Origin: Adineta vaga
Taxonomy: Eukaryota > Animalia > Rotifera
Reading direction: 5' to 3'
Assembly: GCA_021613535.1 (NCBI GenBank)
Contig: CP075495.1
Span: 11,346,001-11,410,000 of the forward strand
DNA length: 64,000 nucleotides
Of this stretch, positions 11,748 to 24,493 are shown in pieces. The notes beneath the pieces were generated by a model. The model ran no database searches. It was not told the origin of the DNA and worked only from the letters and a program-made list of their open reading frames with translations. The stretch's first letter is position 1; each line of letters opens with the position of its first letter. The position numbers and the translations under genes were made by a program.

Positions 11748-14713
11748 ATGACTGAATCAGTCATAACTATTTCACGTAAGTCATGATTTCTTTCTGAATT
11801 CGATTATTATAAATTATTATCAAACTTTAGCAAAAACATCTCCATATCGTTCACAAATCACTTCACGTCAAGTTTCGCCAAATCCATCATCAGTGTCCAA
11901 TTCGTACATTCTATCAACACGTAATCGAAATATTGATCAACATAATGTATCCAATGAAAAATTACAATTACGAAAATTGAATGATCAATTTCTAAGTTAT
12001 ATCGAACGTGTTCGTCTATTTGAAACTTATAATAATTGTTTAACAATTCATTGTGAACAAATCAAAACAGCACAAGGACGTACAAAAACTAAACTAGATT
12101 TACTTAAACAAGAATTTGATGAATATCAACAAGAAAAATTCATTCGAGAAAAGAAAGATATTCAATTAGATAATGAAAATATTCAAGATATTGAAAAGCA
12201 AGTCAAAGATTTGAAACATAAAGAAAAATTTTTTCAACATGAACATGATCTATATCGACAACAAATTATTGATTTACAAAAACAATCTGTTGATTTACAA
12301 GTATGTTTTTCATGACATTTTCATCAGATATGAAAGTAGATCATTATTATTTAGAGTCAAACAGAAAAATTACGTTTTGATTATGAAAATGTAACGGATG
12401 ATACGAATCATTATCGAAAGCAAATCTCCTATTATCACTTAGTTAAATCATCGATTTTAGATGAAATAACTCGTCAACGTGATATTAATCAAAGTACACA
12501 ATTAGAAGTTGATGATTTACAAATACAAAAACAAATTGCTATTCAAGCACATGAAGCTGATACTCAGGTTCGAACTGATGAAAATGAAATTTTTGTTTCT
12601 TCAATCGAATTCTTTGTTTTTCTAGGCAATCGAAATTCATAATGATAATATGTTATATGATTTGACAACAAATTTTCGTTTCGATGGTACGGGTAAAACT
12701 GCGTTAACACAAATGTTAAATGATATACGTGAAGAATATAAAACGAGAGACAATGAAATGCGTGAAGAATTACATCGGAAATGTAAATACGAAATTAAAT
12801 TAAAAAATTTTATTTATCTTTCTCTTATTAAGATTTACTTGAATATAATCAACATATAAAAAAACAAGTTGATCAAAATTTAATTGAAACAAATCGTGAA
12901 GATATTGAACGACGACATTTATCGAATGAATTAAGTTCATTGAATGATAATCGAATATTATTACGACAAAAACTAACATTAATACAAGAACATTATAAAC
13001 AATTAGAAATCAATTGTGAAAGAGAAATGAATCGACAAAAAACTATGAAGGAAAAATATGATCATCAAATAAATGATTTACGTGTTTCAGTTCAAGAATA
13101 TGTAAGTTTAAACAGGAAGTTTGTATTTGTTAATAATATAATTACTTCTTTTTTTAGCAAAATCTGTTGAATACTGGTACATCTATTCGTCAACCTACAA
13201 TCGAAGCTGAAGTCAATAAATATCGACAATTACTTGAAGGTTCTGATCAACAGATAGGTCTGCGACAAATTGTTCATATGTCAAATAAAATTGAACATTT
13301 TCCATCTATTAATCGTCCAACAACACCTCCTCCACCACCTTCAGTATTTCAACGTTCTCCATCTCCTGTAAACAGATTAGAATCAGCATCATCGTTGCTT
13401 CTTTTGCTTCCATCGCGTACTCGTCAAAATTCATTAAGCGAAGCTTCATATGAAACAGCACCTATATCTCAATCATCAACGCCAACAACAACAACTAATA
13501 ATCAAAAGTATCTTACTTTGAATTCAGTTAATGATCAATTATCTCATACCGACTACGATACTGATAATGATCAATCGCAAACAATTCAATATATGTCAGG
13601 ACGCAGTAGTCGATTAACTAGTGCAACGGATACCACACCATTAGCAATGACACCAACGAATCAAGAATCATTACCGTCATTACCAATGACTGATCTCATT
13701 AATCAGAATGAAACAATTATGGAAATTTCGATTGATACATCGCAAACAGAAGGTGAGTGAAAAAACACATGAACATGTTTTCGATCATATTCTTATGCGA
13801 TATATGTATACAGGTGTTATCAACCAAACTTTACCATTTATAACAATGAATACAGTGTCTTTAACTGATACTGGTGAAAATAAAACTATGGTATCTGATG
13901 AACAACAATCACCATTGATTTCTACATTAGAACAACGAGAAGAATCAGAAGCATCAGTAGTAATTGAATCAACAAATGTCACATCATCACAAATTATTAT
14001 TCCAATTACTATCGATGTTGATTCTAAACCAACTCATGAATCCAATGAAATAATAACAGTAACTTAACTATCGATTGTTACTATTCTTCATACATTTTCG
14101 TACTATTTAGATATCTCCAATAACACCAACTATCTCTGTTGATGAACATTCGAAATCTTCAATATCACCGAATGATGCAACTGAGGCAATAGGAACACAA
14201 TTATCAACAGCGGTTGAACTACCAGTATCAACATTACCGGCAACAAATCCATTAGCTAAATTGATTTCAACAATGTTACCGAATGCAGTATCATTTGTAC
14301 CAAGCTCAAACGGTACAAATAATCGACCAGTTTCACCATCGCCTATTCCGATTTCATTTATGAACAATGATGCAACACCCTTTGTTCCAAGTCAGCATCA
14401 ATATACATCTGGACAACAACAATGGAATGGAACCAATGTACGCGGCGGTGGTAATAGTGGAGGAGGAAATCGTCGTGGACAAAATGGTGTAAGCAGTTTT
14501 CTTTACAATCAACAGATTAGATAGAAGGATAAACGTTTTTGTATTTTTTAGGGCAGTAACTTTCATCATGGTGGTGGAAATCAACGATCTGGAGGTGAAC
14601 ATTTGCATATAGATTGAATTATATGAATATTTCTGTTTTGTATAGGTGGAGGCAATTGGCACCAAGGCGGCGGCGGCGGTGGCCATCAAAAACAACGTCG
14701 TGGAATGAAATAA
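11748..14713 (+). CDS. Intermediate-filament-like protein with long S/T/P-rich tail, two PAM2-like motifs and Gly/Arg-rich C-terminus
   Basis: Coil-1A motif NEKLQLRKLNDQFLSYIERVRLFE, coil-2 start ALTQMLNDIREEY, rod-end motif EAEVNKYRQLLEG. Downstream exons splice in phase to …GGGGGHQKQRRGMK*. Confidence 0.8.
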
Positions 14714-14789
14714 TGTTTTATTCTCTCTTTATCTTAGTTTAGATTATATTATTGTGTCTTCGTTATTCATACAGTTCTTTACCTTTATC

Positions 14790-14815
14790 TATATATATAT
14801 ATATGTGTGTGTGTG
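14790..14815. repeat. (TA)n(TG)n microsatellite in the 3' region of the IF gene
   Basis: tatatatatatatatgtgtgtgtgtg. Confidence 0.8.
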
Positions 14816-15107
14816 CGTTTTGTTTTGAGTTATGCTCTTATTTAGACGAATGAAAATAAATACTAATTGAAATAATTTGATGAAAATAAGAATAGATCTT
14901 ATATTAATCCATATATTATTTTTTCTAAAGAAAATATAGTATAGTAAATGAAGGCGCTTTTAAATATTTATTTATAAATTTAAGTAAATTAACTTTTTTT
15001 CATCCTTGACAGTGTACTTGCTTTTTCAATCAATTGAGATTACATGCTCTCATCAGTGTGATTGATGATGACCAATGTCATCATCAACAGTACAATGAAT
15101 ATCATCC

Positions 15108-16333
15108 ATGCAAATATGTTCTAATCGGTTGAAAACAACATGCGCTACAGGATCTCGTCAACGACAATATCCCAGACCGTTGATTTACTATCCAATCTAT
15201 ATTCCAGATTCATATAATAATGTAACATACAATGCATTGACTTCAGCGAATGCAATCGAAGCAACATCACATAATAAAAGTAAAATAATTCAACATCTTC
15301 GTCACAAAATCCATGTCTATCAAACACCATCGCCGAATGATACTAATCAGATGCTTCAACGATTAACTAACATTGTAAAAGTACATGTACCTAATTTTAC
15401 TTTCAATGAAAAACTTATCTACGACACAGAAAGACATGCTACTCAGCCAGAATCAAGTAAAACCAATATTCTAGTGTTTAGTTTTGAAATGAAAATAAAA
15501 CTTTGCATGAGACAAAATTCTAATCATTTGTTTAGATGTTCAACAAGATGCCTTATCATCATCGTATTCTACTCGATTGTCAAATAGTACATTGCATTCA
15601 CCAAATTTATCTTCCACACATAGTATACGAACGAATGAAGATTTCAACGTAATTTTACCTACCCCAAATCGACAAACTCTATCGCCAGCAAACAGTAAAG
15701 ATAGTAAAGGTAAAAGTTGAGCTATATAGTTTATATTGACATACGTATTTCAAATGTTTATGAAGATCTCAAAAGTGATCGTATAATTAGTACAAATGAT
15801 TTTAAAAGTAATCATTCTCATTCACAAGATTCAAATCACCTGCCTTCAACAAATCAACTCACATCTACAATACGATCATCGACTAATTCTACCCGAAGTC
15901 GTCAACAAGAAATCCCATCAACATTATCATCAACAACTATCAATGGAGATACAGATAAAAATGGTATATTTTCATCAAAAGTTGTGATCGACAATAGCAA
16001 GACAAACAAGTAGATTGAAGGAAAATAAAGTACATACATCTTTTTTTTCTTCTGAAATATACAGATTAACAAAGCAAATCTCCAAAAGCTTATCACCAAA
16101 GAATATTTTCGATATGTACAATAATGATGCAAGTAAAATGAATCTGTAATTATTTTCATATAGAAAAAATAGCAGATATTTCAGGATTAAATTCAACCAG
16201 AGAAACATTTTCAGCACTGCCTAATAGTAAAAAAACTTATAAACAAAATGGATTCATGTGGCTATTGACAGCATCTACACGATGTTGTAGAACATGTCGA
16301 ATTCAACGTTTTATCAATAATATTAGAAAATAA
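15108..16333 (+). CDS. Hypothetical S/T-rich multi-exon protein
   Basis: Open exons separated by GT-AG introns, ending …ASTRCCRTCRIQRFINNIRK*. No recognisable domain. Confidence 0.5.
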
Positions 16334-17046
16334 TATCATCGAACAATCGTTCAAATCTCAAATAGTATAATTTCGTAAATAGAATTTATATAGAAACAAT
16401 TGTATGAAACACTAAAGAAGCAGTGTAGCATGATCATAAAATACTTTCGCTAGTATTTCATCGATTATGTAGATTATTTTCTGTTGATATCTTTGATTAG
16501 TTCAAAATGTTTTGATCTTAGAAGTTTTTATGTACGTATTTGTCATACTAGTGATTGACTCTTTAGCAAATCTTTCAATCATCGAATGAGACTACAATAA
16601 AGTATCGTTGTGTATTAGATCATTATCTCTATTGAATGATGACGTTGATCAAAAATCTCGTTTTTCGTTCGATTTGCTCCAATCTAAGAGAAAAGTCGAC
16701 GTATAACTTTTTTCTGATCCCTAAATTAATATCAACTAATAAGTTGCGTAAAAGTACAATTAAAAATAGTTAACTTGACTAAATCGTCGTTTGTCCTTCA
16801 ACTACAGAGAGGTGTTCATCCTTTCACATACGCAGGTGGTTCATTTAGAGCCGACAAACTTACTGTCAAATAGATCCTGTGCGTGGCTTTTCATTGATAT
16901 TAATTCGTCGCAAATTATAATTTCTTTCTCTCTCTCTCTCTTGATATTTCTTTTATTTCAGAATTTCTAACTAGTCATTTGATGAAATAACAGTGTGACT
17001 ATAGCCACATATACGACATCAACATTGTAACTGAAAAGAAAACATT

Positions 17047-17379
17047 ATGTTATTCGGAATGAACATCAATATTTTGTTTTATCTCATTCTTCTAATCTTT
17101 TACATATTCTCATCAGTTTCTTCAATACCTTTACAACCAAAACCAGCAACATCAATATCAAACGAATATAAACGTTTGGCGACACATTGTTATATCAATG
17201 ATTATGCAGCCTGGTTAGATCGACAAGATACATTAATGTTTTGGCTCAACATTGCTAAAATACTCAAAGTACCTGTGGAAAAAAGTGAATTATTACAAAA
17301 AGAAATGGAACAAATTCGTCTTCAACAACAATGTTTACGTTTTATTGAACGTTTACCTGTTTCAGTTGGTCCTGGTTAA
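17047..17379 (+). CDS. Small secreted protein, candidate peptide-hormone precursor
   Basis: Hydrophobic signal peptide (…FYLILLIFYIFSSVSS|IPL), dibasic KR, two Cys, and C-terminal VGPG immediately before the stop. Confidence 0.7.
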   Translation: MLFGMNINILFYLILLIFYIFSSVSSIPLQPKPATSISNEYKRLATHCYINDYAAWLDRQDTLMFWLNIAKILKVPVEKSELLQKEMEQIRLQQQCLRFIERLPVSVGPG

Positions 17380-18290
17380 AATTGTGAAATGCAAAAGAAA
17401 ATAATTCTTTGGAAACTATCGAAGAAACTTAAGCTTGTTTACAATTTCATTTTTTTTCTTGAAAACAAATATATACATCCAAACATACAAATAAATATTT
17501 TCATTAAACAAATAATAAACTCGAAATTAAAGATATTACCATTCACTATTGTCATGCGAGTAGAAAGAAAAAGATCAGGAACAATATATCAGATATGAAA
17601 CATCGAGAACGTTTCAATACTTCTTCTAAAACAAAATGATTCGATTTTAAATGGATATATTTTATTGAGAAATTAAACTTTTAGTACGATGTTAATTATG
17701 TGATAGCAGAAATATCGGTTAATAGTATGTCTACTCAGATATGTCTAATTATTAATGAGATAAATCAAATAAAAATAAACAGCTTATCAAGTCTAACACC
17801 TGCTTATTGTTCGAGGGCGTTTGTTATGGTGTTTCTTTCGAGAATGAAACTTACATAATTACCTTTCATATAATAACTTTTGTCATATGAGGAAATCGAA
17901 TGACATATTTACTCTACTGTTTTTTTAAATAATCCCTCGAAGTGAAATCATTAAGAGATCATTTCATCAATCAAACTAAAACAATTCTTCTTCTGCGTCT
18001 TTTTTTATTTTTACTTCAAATAATTAATTTTCATCTCACGTTATAATCAAATCTCAATCTCGAACAAACGAACTGAAATATAACAACGTTAGAAAAGATA
18101 AACATACATTCTTAATGACTATATGATTACCTCGAGAAAAAAAAAGAACCGAAGACTCGACGTGCTTCTCATACATGATACATTAGAATGTACAGAAAGC
18201 AAAAAAGAAAAGAAGACGAAGATAAATATACTCAATCGAATATTCTTTTTTTTCTTATTCTATCACAAAAAAAGAAACCTTCGAATAATC

Positions 18291-19731
18291 ATGGAATGGA
18301 TTGGAACTTTTATAAAAGAAATTTATACATATCTTGGACATCGTGATGATACACGTATCGATCGTCTTAATCGTTTGTATACAGTTGCACTTTTATCAGT
18401 ATCTGTTACATTAATTACTTCACAACAGTTTGTTGTCGGTGAACGTATTATCTGCTGGACACCAAAAGATTTTACTGGTGCACAGGATACATTTGCACAA
18501 GATATTTGTTGGTTAGGTCACACAAATTATTATGTATCAGAAAATTCGACTATATTAGAAACGCCTTCATCTCCAAGAACTTATCCATTTACAATCTATC
18601 CATGGCTACCGCTAGTTTTGATTGGTATGACAGTCAGTTTTGCTGTTCCATATCTATTAATTTGGCATGGATTATCTACAAGAACAGGAATAAATATAAA
18701 TCGTTTGTTGAAAATCAAAAAACAAGATGAATTAACTCAGGCAATACGTTATATTCTTTGCAAAAATTATTCATATAAATGTAGTGCACCAATTTATGTC
18801 ACGAGTATATATTTACTCATGAGAATATTATATATTATTATATTGTTCAGTCAAATCTTTTTTATTAATAAACTATTAACTGGATTGTATTTCCAATTTA
18901 ATTTTAAAAATCCTTGGGAAATTCTATCAATTAAGTATAATATGTGGTCGTCGGTAAGTTGTTTTAATGGATTTTATTTCTTTGTATTTTTATTAAAATA
19001 AACAGGCACATTTTCCAATTGAAACCATGTGTGGTAAGTGTATTATATTGTAAAAAAGAAAATAAATTGTTTTGAATTTTTGAAGATTTTATGATTCGAA
19101 TGTTAGGTATGATTAATGAAATGTAAATTTTAAAGAATAATTCTTCTTCTTTTGTGTTATCCATAAAAACAGGTCAAAATAACAATTGGTATACAGTTCA
19201 ATGTATTTTACCATTTAATCTATTTACAAAACGAATCTTTGCTTTCTTATTCATATGGTTTATTATTCTATTGATAATAAATGTAATTGATTTTATATTT
19301 GTTTGGTTATGCCAACGAATATATTCCAATTCATATAGATATGAATATATCTTTCGTTTTTTTCATTTATATCAATTATATTTATGTGAGTTGGAATTAA
19401 ATTTCATCATAGAAATTATATTCGTGTTATATACATATATATTTTAGATAAAAATGAAATAACTAGAGAAATTATGTTCGCAAGTAAAGCGGAAATATTT
19501 CGTCATGAATTTGTTTATAATTATCTTGGATTGTAAGTTGAAATGAATGAAAATAACTTTTCTTTAACTTTCTATTCTAGAGATGGTTATTTAGTATTGA
19601 AATTTTTAAATGGAATTTCAACAGATATGGATATGAGTTATCTGATTGCAAAGCTTTTCGAAGGATTTTTAAAAATGAAACTTCAATCAAATAGACAACA
19701 ACCGATTGAAGTTGAAAATAACATTGTTTAA
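18291..19731 (+). CDS. Innexin (gap-junction protein)
   Basis: DDTRIDRLNRLYT, IICWTPKDFT…DICW, YPWLPLVL, FPIETMCDFMIRMLG (from two micro-exons), YTVQCILPFNLFTKRIFAFLFIWF. Confidence 0.92.
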
Positions 19732-20555
19732 TTAATACGAATGAATGATCCAGTAAAATTTGTTATATTTGAATGTGTAAGGAAAATGTTCATTCTTGTT
19801 TTGTTCTGTGTTGAGTTAATTGTAAATAGATAAATAGAAATCATATATCTTATACATGTGATTTTTCAGTCGCAATTTGAATAAATACGTCTTATTTCGT
19901 ATGAAGAAAAGAACGGAGTAGTGCACTTGTTTTTCAATAATTTCGTCCTTGACCATTGTTCTTGTGTTTTGATCTTTTGTTTTTACAATATAATTACTAT
20001 ATGTCACTACTATTTTGCCCTATCATGACTTTGAAGCAAACAAGTTGAATTTATTTTATAGAAAATTTCAGGACAAAAAAATGCTCGGGTTAAATGAACA
20101 TATCTGAACTGATACATATCTTATATTGAAGAATGAAAAACAATGGATCTCTTCTAGTCGAAAATACAATCGTTGTATTAATAAGCCTTCTATCCAAATG
20201 AAATAATTTGATTGTATTACATCTTATGATTCTTTTGTTTTCTTTTCTTTTCAGTTAAGTTTGCGTATGATATCGGTATTTTTTATATCTAGTTATTATT
20301 GCTGGTTATAAGACAAAGAGTACGTGCACGCTCGAACAGTGCGATGCAATAGGTAATGGTTATTGTATAGATATTTTCTTAGCTTTTATCTCATGCTCGA
20401 GCAAGCACATCATCGTAATCATCTTGTTTTGTCTATGTATTCACACATTTTTCTTTTTTATCTTGTATTTATACATAATATAAATCGACAAAATTATCCA
20501 TTGTTCGTGTTTGTTTGGATTCTATTGAAAAATATATATATAGACACTCAACTCA

Positions 20556-22443
20556 ATGCTCAACGCTTTGCCGGATAAACGTGATGAGGAAGGAAAGGCT
20601 GGTGGTGTTTTTCTTACGCGAAATGAACCAGTTGATGGTAACTCAGAAAATGACATAACTGAACAACAAGATCAAAATCGTCATGAATCGTTTAGTTTGT
20701 CAGAACGACGTAAATCATCTGTATATTCTAACAAAAGTGAAGATTCCAGTATTGAAATTCCACAACGAAATCCTACTGTTGATGCAAGTAAGAAAACAGA
20801 AAAATATTTTAATATTTTGTTAGAATGGACATATGACCATAGACCTGTCATTATGTCAAAAGAGTGAGATTGACTCACGAGTTAAATCAAGGACATTTAA
20901 TGAGAAATATTTATCTCTTGTTTGTTTCTCAAAACAGAGATACATGTGTGACGCATGAATGAATGTATACGAAAACAGTGATGAAGCAAGTAAACAATAG
21001 CCTCCTACTGATTTGATTATTTCATGTTTTTAGATGTTTTTTTTATTATTACTCGTCCTTGAACATAATATTCGTTCTGTTTTCCTAAGTACAAACACAT
21101 AAGACCGTATTAAATGTTTGACATAGACAACAATAAAATTTATCAGATTCTAATCAAATAGTTAACTTTACTATTTTGTTTGTCCGATACACTGCATGAT
21201 AGTTGTGTTAATAGGAAATAGATGCAATATCTCATAGCTTTTTCTCATCAGAAAAGGTTGATAGTAATATTTATCGTGTCGTATCACCTATGTGCCTTAA
21301 TGAATAATCGTTGATAAATTATCTAAAATTCTTATTGTAATTCTAGTTCAACGACCCATTTTCGAAGGTATTCGTTTGGATACTGTTCAATCGCAAACTC
21401 TATGGGTGCGTTTATTAGCTGAATGTATTGCTGAACTATTTGGTACAGCTATTCTTGTTGTATTCGGATGTTCCGGCATTGCCCAATTTACTCTTTCGCG
21501 TGGTGTTCTATCAAGTTTTTTATCAGTTAATTTTGCTTTTGGTTTTGGTGCTTTAATTGCTGTTTATGTTGCTGGTCCTATTTCAGGTATATACATATCA
21601 TTCGTTCAATAAAAATGTCTTATCATTAATAATTAGGTGCTCATATCAATCCAGCTGTATCAATTGCAATGTTAAGTTTACGATCAATTACACCGTTGCA
21701 ATGTATTACATATATTATAGCACGTATGTTTCTGTAGTCATAAGTATTGCAATTATTCATCGATTTATATATTTCAGAGTTCATTGGTGCGTTCATTGCA
21801 GCAGCATTAGTATTTGGAACTTATTACGATGCAATTAATCGATTTGATGGTGGTGTCAGACAGGTAATTATAGAAGAATTGATTGAAAAATAATCTCCAA
21901 TAAATTTTTAGGTACAAGGTACACAAGCAACTGCTGGCATATTTGGTACCTTACCTGCACAAGGTGTTGGTCAAGTATCTCTTTTCTTCGATCAAGTTCT
22001 TTCAACAGCTCTTTTCCTTATTGCGATTTGTTCATTATCAAATAAACGAAATAAACTAGTTGCGAATGCACAAATTCCACTTGCTGTAGGATTTATTATT
22101 GTTGCTATCGGTGTTGCTTTCGGTAAAAATATAAGTCTCATTTTTAAAATTCATTTCTTCTATTTCTATTTCGAAAGGTTATAATTGTGGTTTTCCAATT
22201 AATCCAGCACGTGATCTTGGACCCCGTTTATTTACACTTTGCGCTGGTTATGGACGAGAAGTTTTTTCTGTCGGTAATTATTACTTTTGGATTCCATGTG
22301 TAGGTCCAATATTTGGTGCATTGATTGGTGCTTGGATTTATCATGGTTATGGTAAATTAATGAAAGTACATATTGGTGAAGATGATAAGGAAATTGCTCG
22401 CGCACGATATCAAGTTGATGTGCAAAATGTGTCACGCATGTGA
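20556..22443 (+). CDS. Aquaglyceroporin (AQP3/9/10-like MIP channel)
   Basis: AELFGTAILVVFG, SGAHINPAVS, ATAGIFGTLP, GYNCGFPINPARDLGPRLFT (NPARD is the glyceroporin signature), YYFWIPCVGP. Confidence 0.92.
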
Positions 22444-22944
22444 TAGAAATGTGTTTCTTTTTCTTCCATATTTTTTAAATAAGCAACAAACATCAGTTAT
22501 TTTTATATTCTTTAACTGCTGTATATAAAACTCTATTTAGTTTCGACTGAAAAGCATCTTATCAAAAGTAATGGTGTCTTATCTTTTTTTTTTGTATGAA
22601 CGGAAAAATAAAATATAGAACTAATTATACTAGTTGTCTTTTACAGAAAGCAAAGCTTTACTTTTTGTATATCATTTCTTTTCTATATGAAAGTTTATCG
22701 AGAGTGAAATCACTTTGGATTACAAGATTATTTATTTCTATTTCGTCTGATTATAAATTGTACAACTTAAACATATATCATATAACAATAAACTATCAAA
22801 TTACTGTTGTGCAGCGTCTGAAATATATTTGAAAATAGATATACAAGGATTAACTCAATATATATATTCACGATAATCAATTCTTATCACACCTATAAAA
22901 ATCGATCACTTTCCTTTACTTTTTTCACTTCAAATTATTTCAAT

Positions 22945-23322
22945 ATGTCGTTATTCTACATCAAATATCTTTTTCCTTTATTAATTCTATATCATTCAGC
23001 ATTTGGTTCATCTAAATTACCACAATGTCAATGTGAATGCTGTCCAGGTGAACAGTGTCGCTCGCATTTATTGGTATTCTCTGTTGATTATTGTAATGAA
23101 ACAACATGTTCATTTGAACAATGTCACAATATGTATCCAAAAAAATGTGGACTTAGACCTGGCTTTACAAATTCAACATGCAGTATCCATATTATGAATA
23201 ATACTACTATTCAACCGAAAGAAGATTTTACTGTTTCTGTACAAAACACAACATCAACACTTGTTATCATACCAACGATGATTCTTTATATTCTATCTTT
23301 TATTTTCTTCATGACAAAATAA
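22945..23322 (+). CDS. Small secreted 10-Cys protein with hydrophobic C-terminus (GPI/TM anchored?)
   Basis: Signal peptide, CQCECC…C…C…C…C…C…C, S/T-rich linker and hydrophobic tail. Single exon. Confidence 0.7.
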   Translation: MSLFYIKYLFPLLILYHSAFGSSKLPQCQCECCPGEQCRSHLLVFSVDYCNETTCSFEQCHNMYPKKCGLRPGFTNSTCSIHIMNNTTIQPKEDFTVSVQNTTSTLVIIPTMILYILSFIFFMTK

Positions 23323-23400
23323 ACCATTGATTTTATTCTTCGAAAAAAAAAACTAGAACTATTGTTTACATGTAGATCTTTGTTCTTTCTATTGGATTAA

Positions 23401-23865
23401 TTAAAAATAAAACATACTAGCATGCAATATCGTAATACCACCTAGAACATAAGCAAGTACTGTATCAATAAGAAAAATAAATGCTGAGTAACTATTAACA
23501 TAAGTTTGTTCATGAATTTTCATAAACATCAAAGTCATAGCAATACCAGCACCGAATAAAGTTAAAGGTACGAGAATATAACATCGATTTCGTTTATCTA
23601 TTGTTGATCCCATCAATAGAAATGATGCGAATGTACCTGTAACAAGAAGTACAAGACTAAATAGAGCTAATAATGTAATTGTTCGATGTAATTCTTTGAT
23701 CGTACAACAACATTTATATAAACATTGTTGAAATAAACCAATACGATGATGGTTTGTATCAATATTCCAATTTGGTGTTGAGATTGATAGAATAGTTGTA
23801 CTTAGAATAAATGTAGCAAATACAGAAATAAGTAAATCAATAACGAGTTTTTGATTTGAATACAT
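23401..23865 (-). CDS. Claudin/PMP22-like tetraspan membrane protein
   Basis: Four hydrophobic segments and a first-loop motif STPNW…IGLFQQC…C. Confidence 0.65.
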   Translation of the reverse strand: MYSNQKLVIDLLISVFATFILSTTILSISTPNWNIDTNHHRIGLFQQCLYKCCCTIKELHRTITLLALFSLVLLVTGTFASFLLMGSTIDKRNRCYILVPLTLFGAGIAMTLMFMKIHEQTYVNSYSAFIFLIDTVLAYVLGGITILHASMFYF

Positions 23866-24493
23866 TGTTTGACGAACAAGAAAGAAATGATAAAATGTTG
23901 ATTTCGTTCTAGACAATATTGAAATTTGATATTTAGTTTGTCTGTTGTTTGATTTTATTCTCTTTTATCATAACAAAAGAACGAATGAAAATTCCAAAGA
24001 TTGTCTATAATTGATCATCAAGTTCGTTGTTCTAGTTGTCTATTCGAAAACAAGCTTTTCATCATGAGAAGGAATGAATATATTATTTGATATTTCTTTA
24101 ATTGTCTTATGTTTATAAATCTAGATACAATACTTGCTTTTATGCTGATAGAAGAAAAAAAGATTTGTTATTTTACCTTAGCAAAATATTGTGTTTTTTG
24201 AATGAATTGTTCGTGATCAATACCAATTAATTCATCTAATTTATTTCCATGGAAATACCATTGAATAGCAGGTATCGCTGTCTAATTGAACGATAGAATT
24301 AAAGAGAAAAACAAGTGAAATTAGAATTCTACTCACGATATTTAAATTTTCTGTAAGTTCAGTAGTATTTTCATCTAGTTCAAGTCGATAAAAATTAACA
24401 TGAATTAAATGCTCATCATTAGACAGATCGTATATCGTTGGAAGAATCATTTTTGAACCAAGTGACCAACATACAGTAAACACGAAAGTATTT

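Noticed and set aside
16985-17002. CAGTGT upstream of the 17047 gene as a possible iron-responsive element loop
   Set aside because: The flanks (aataa / gacta) cannot form the required 5-bp upper stem.
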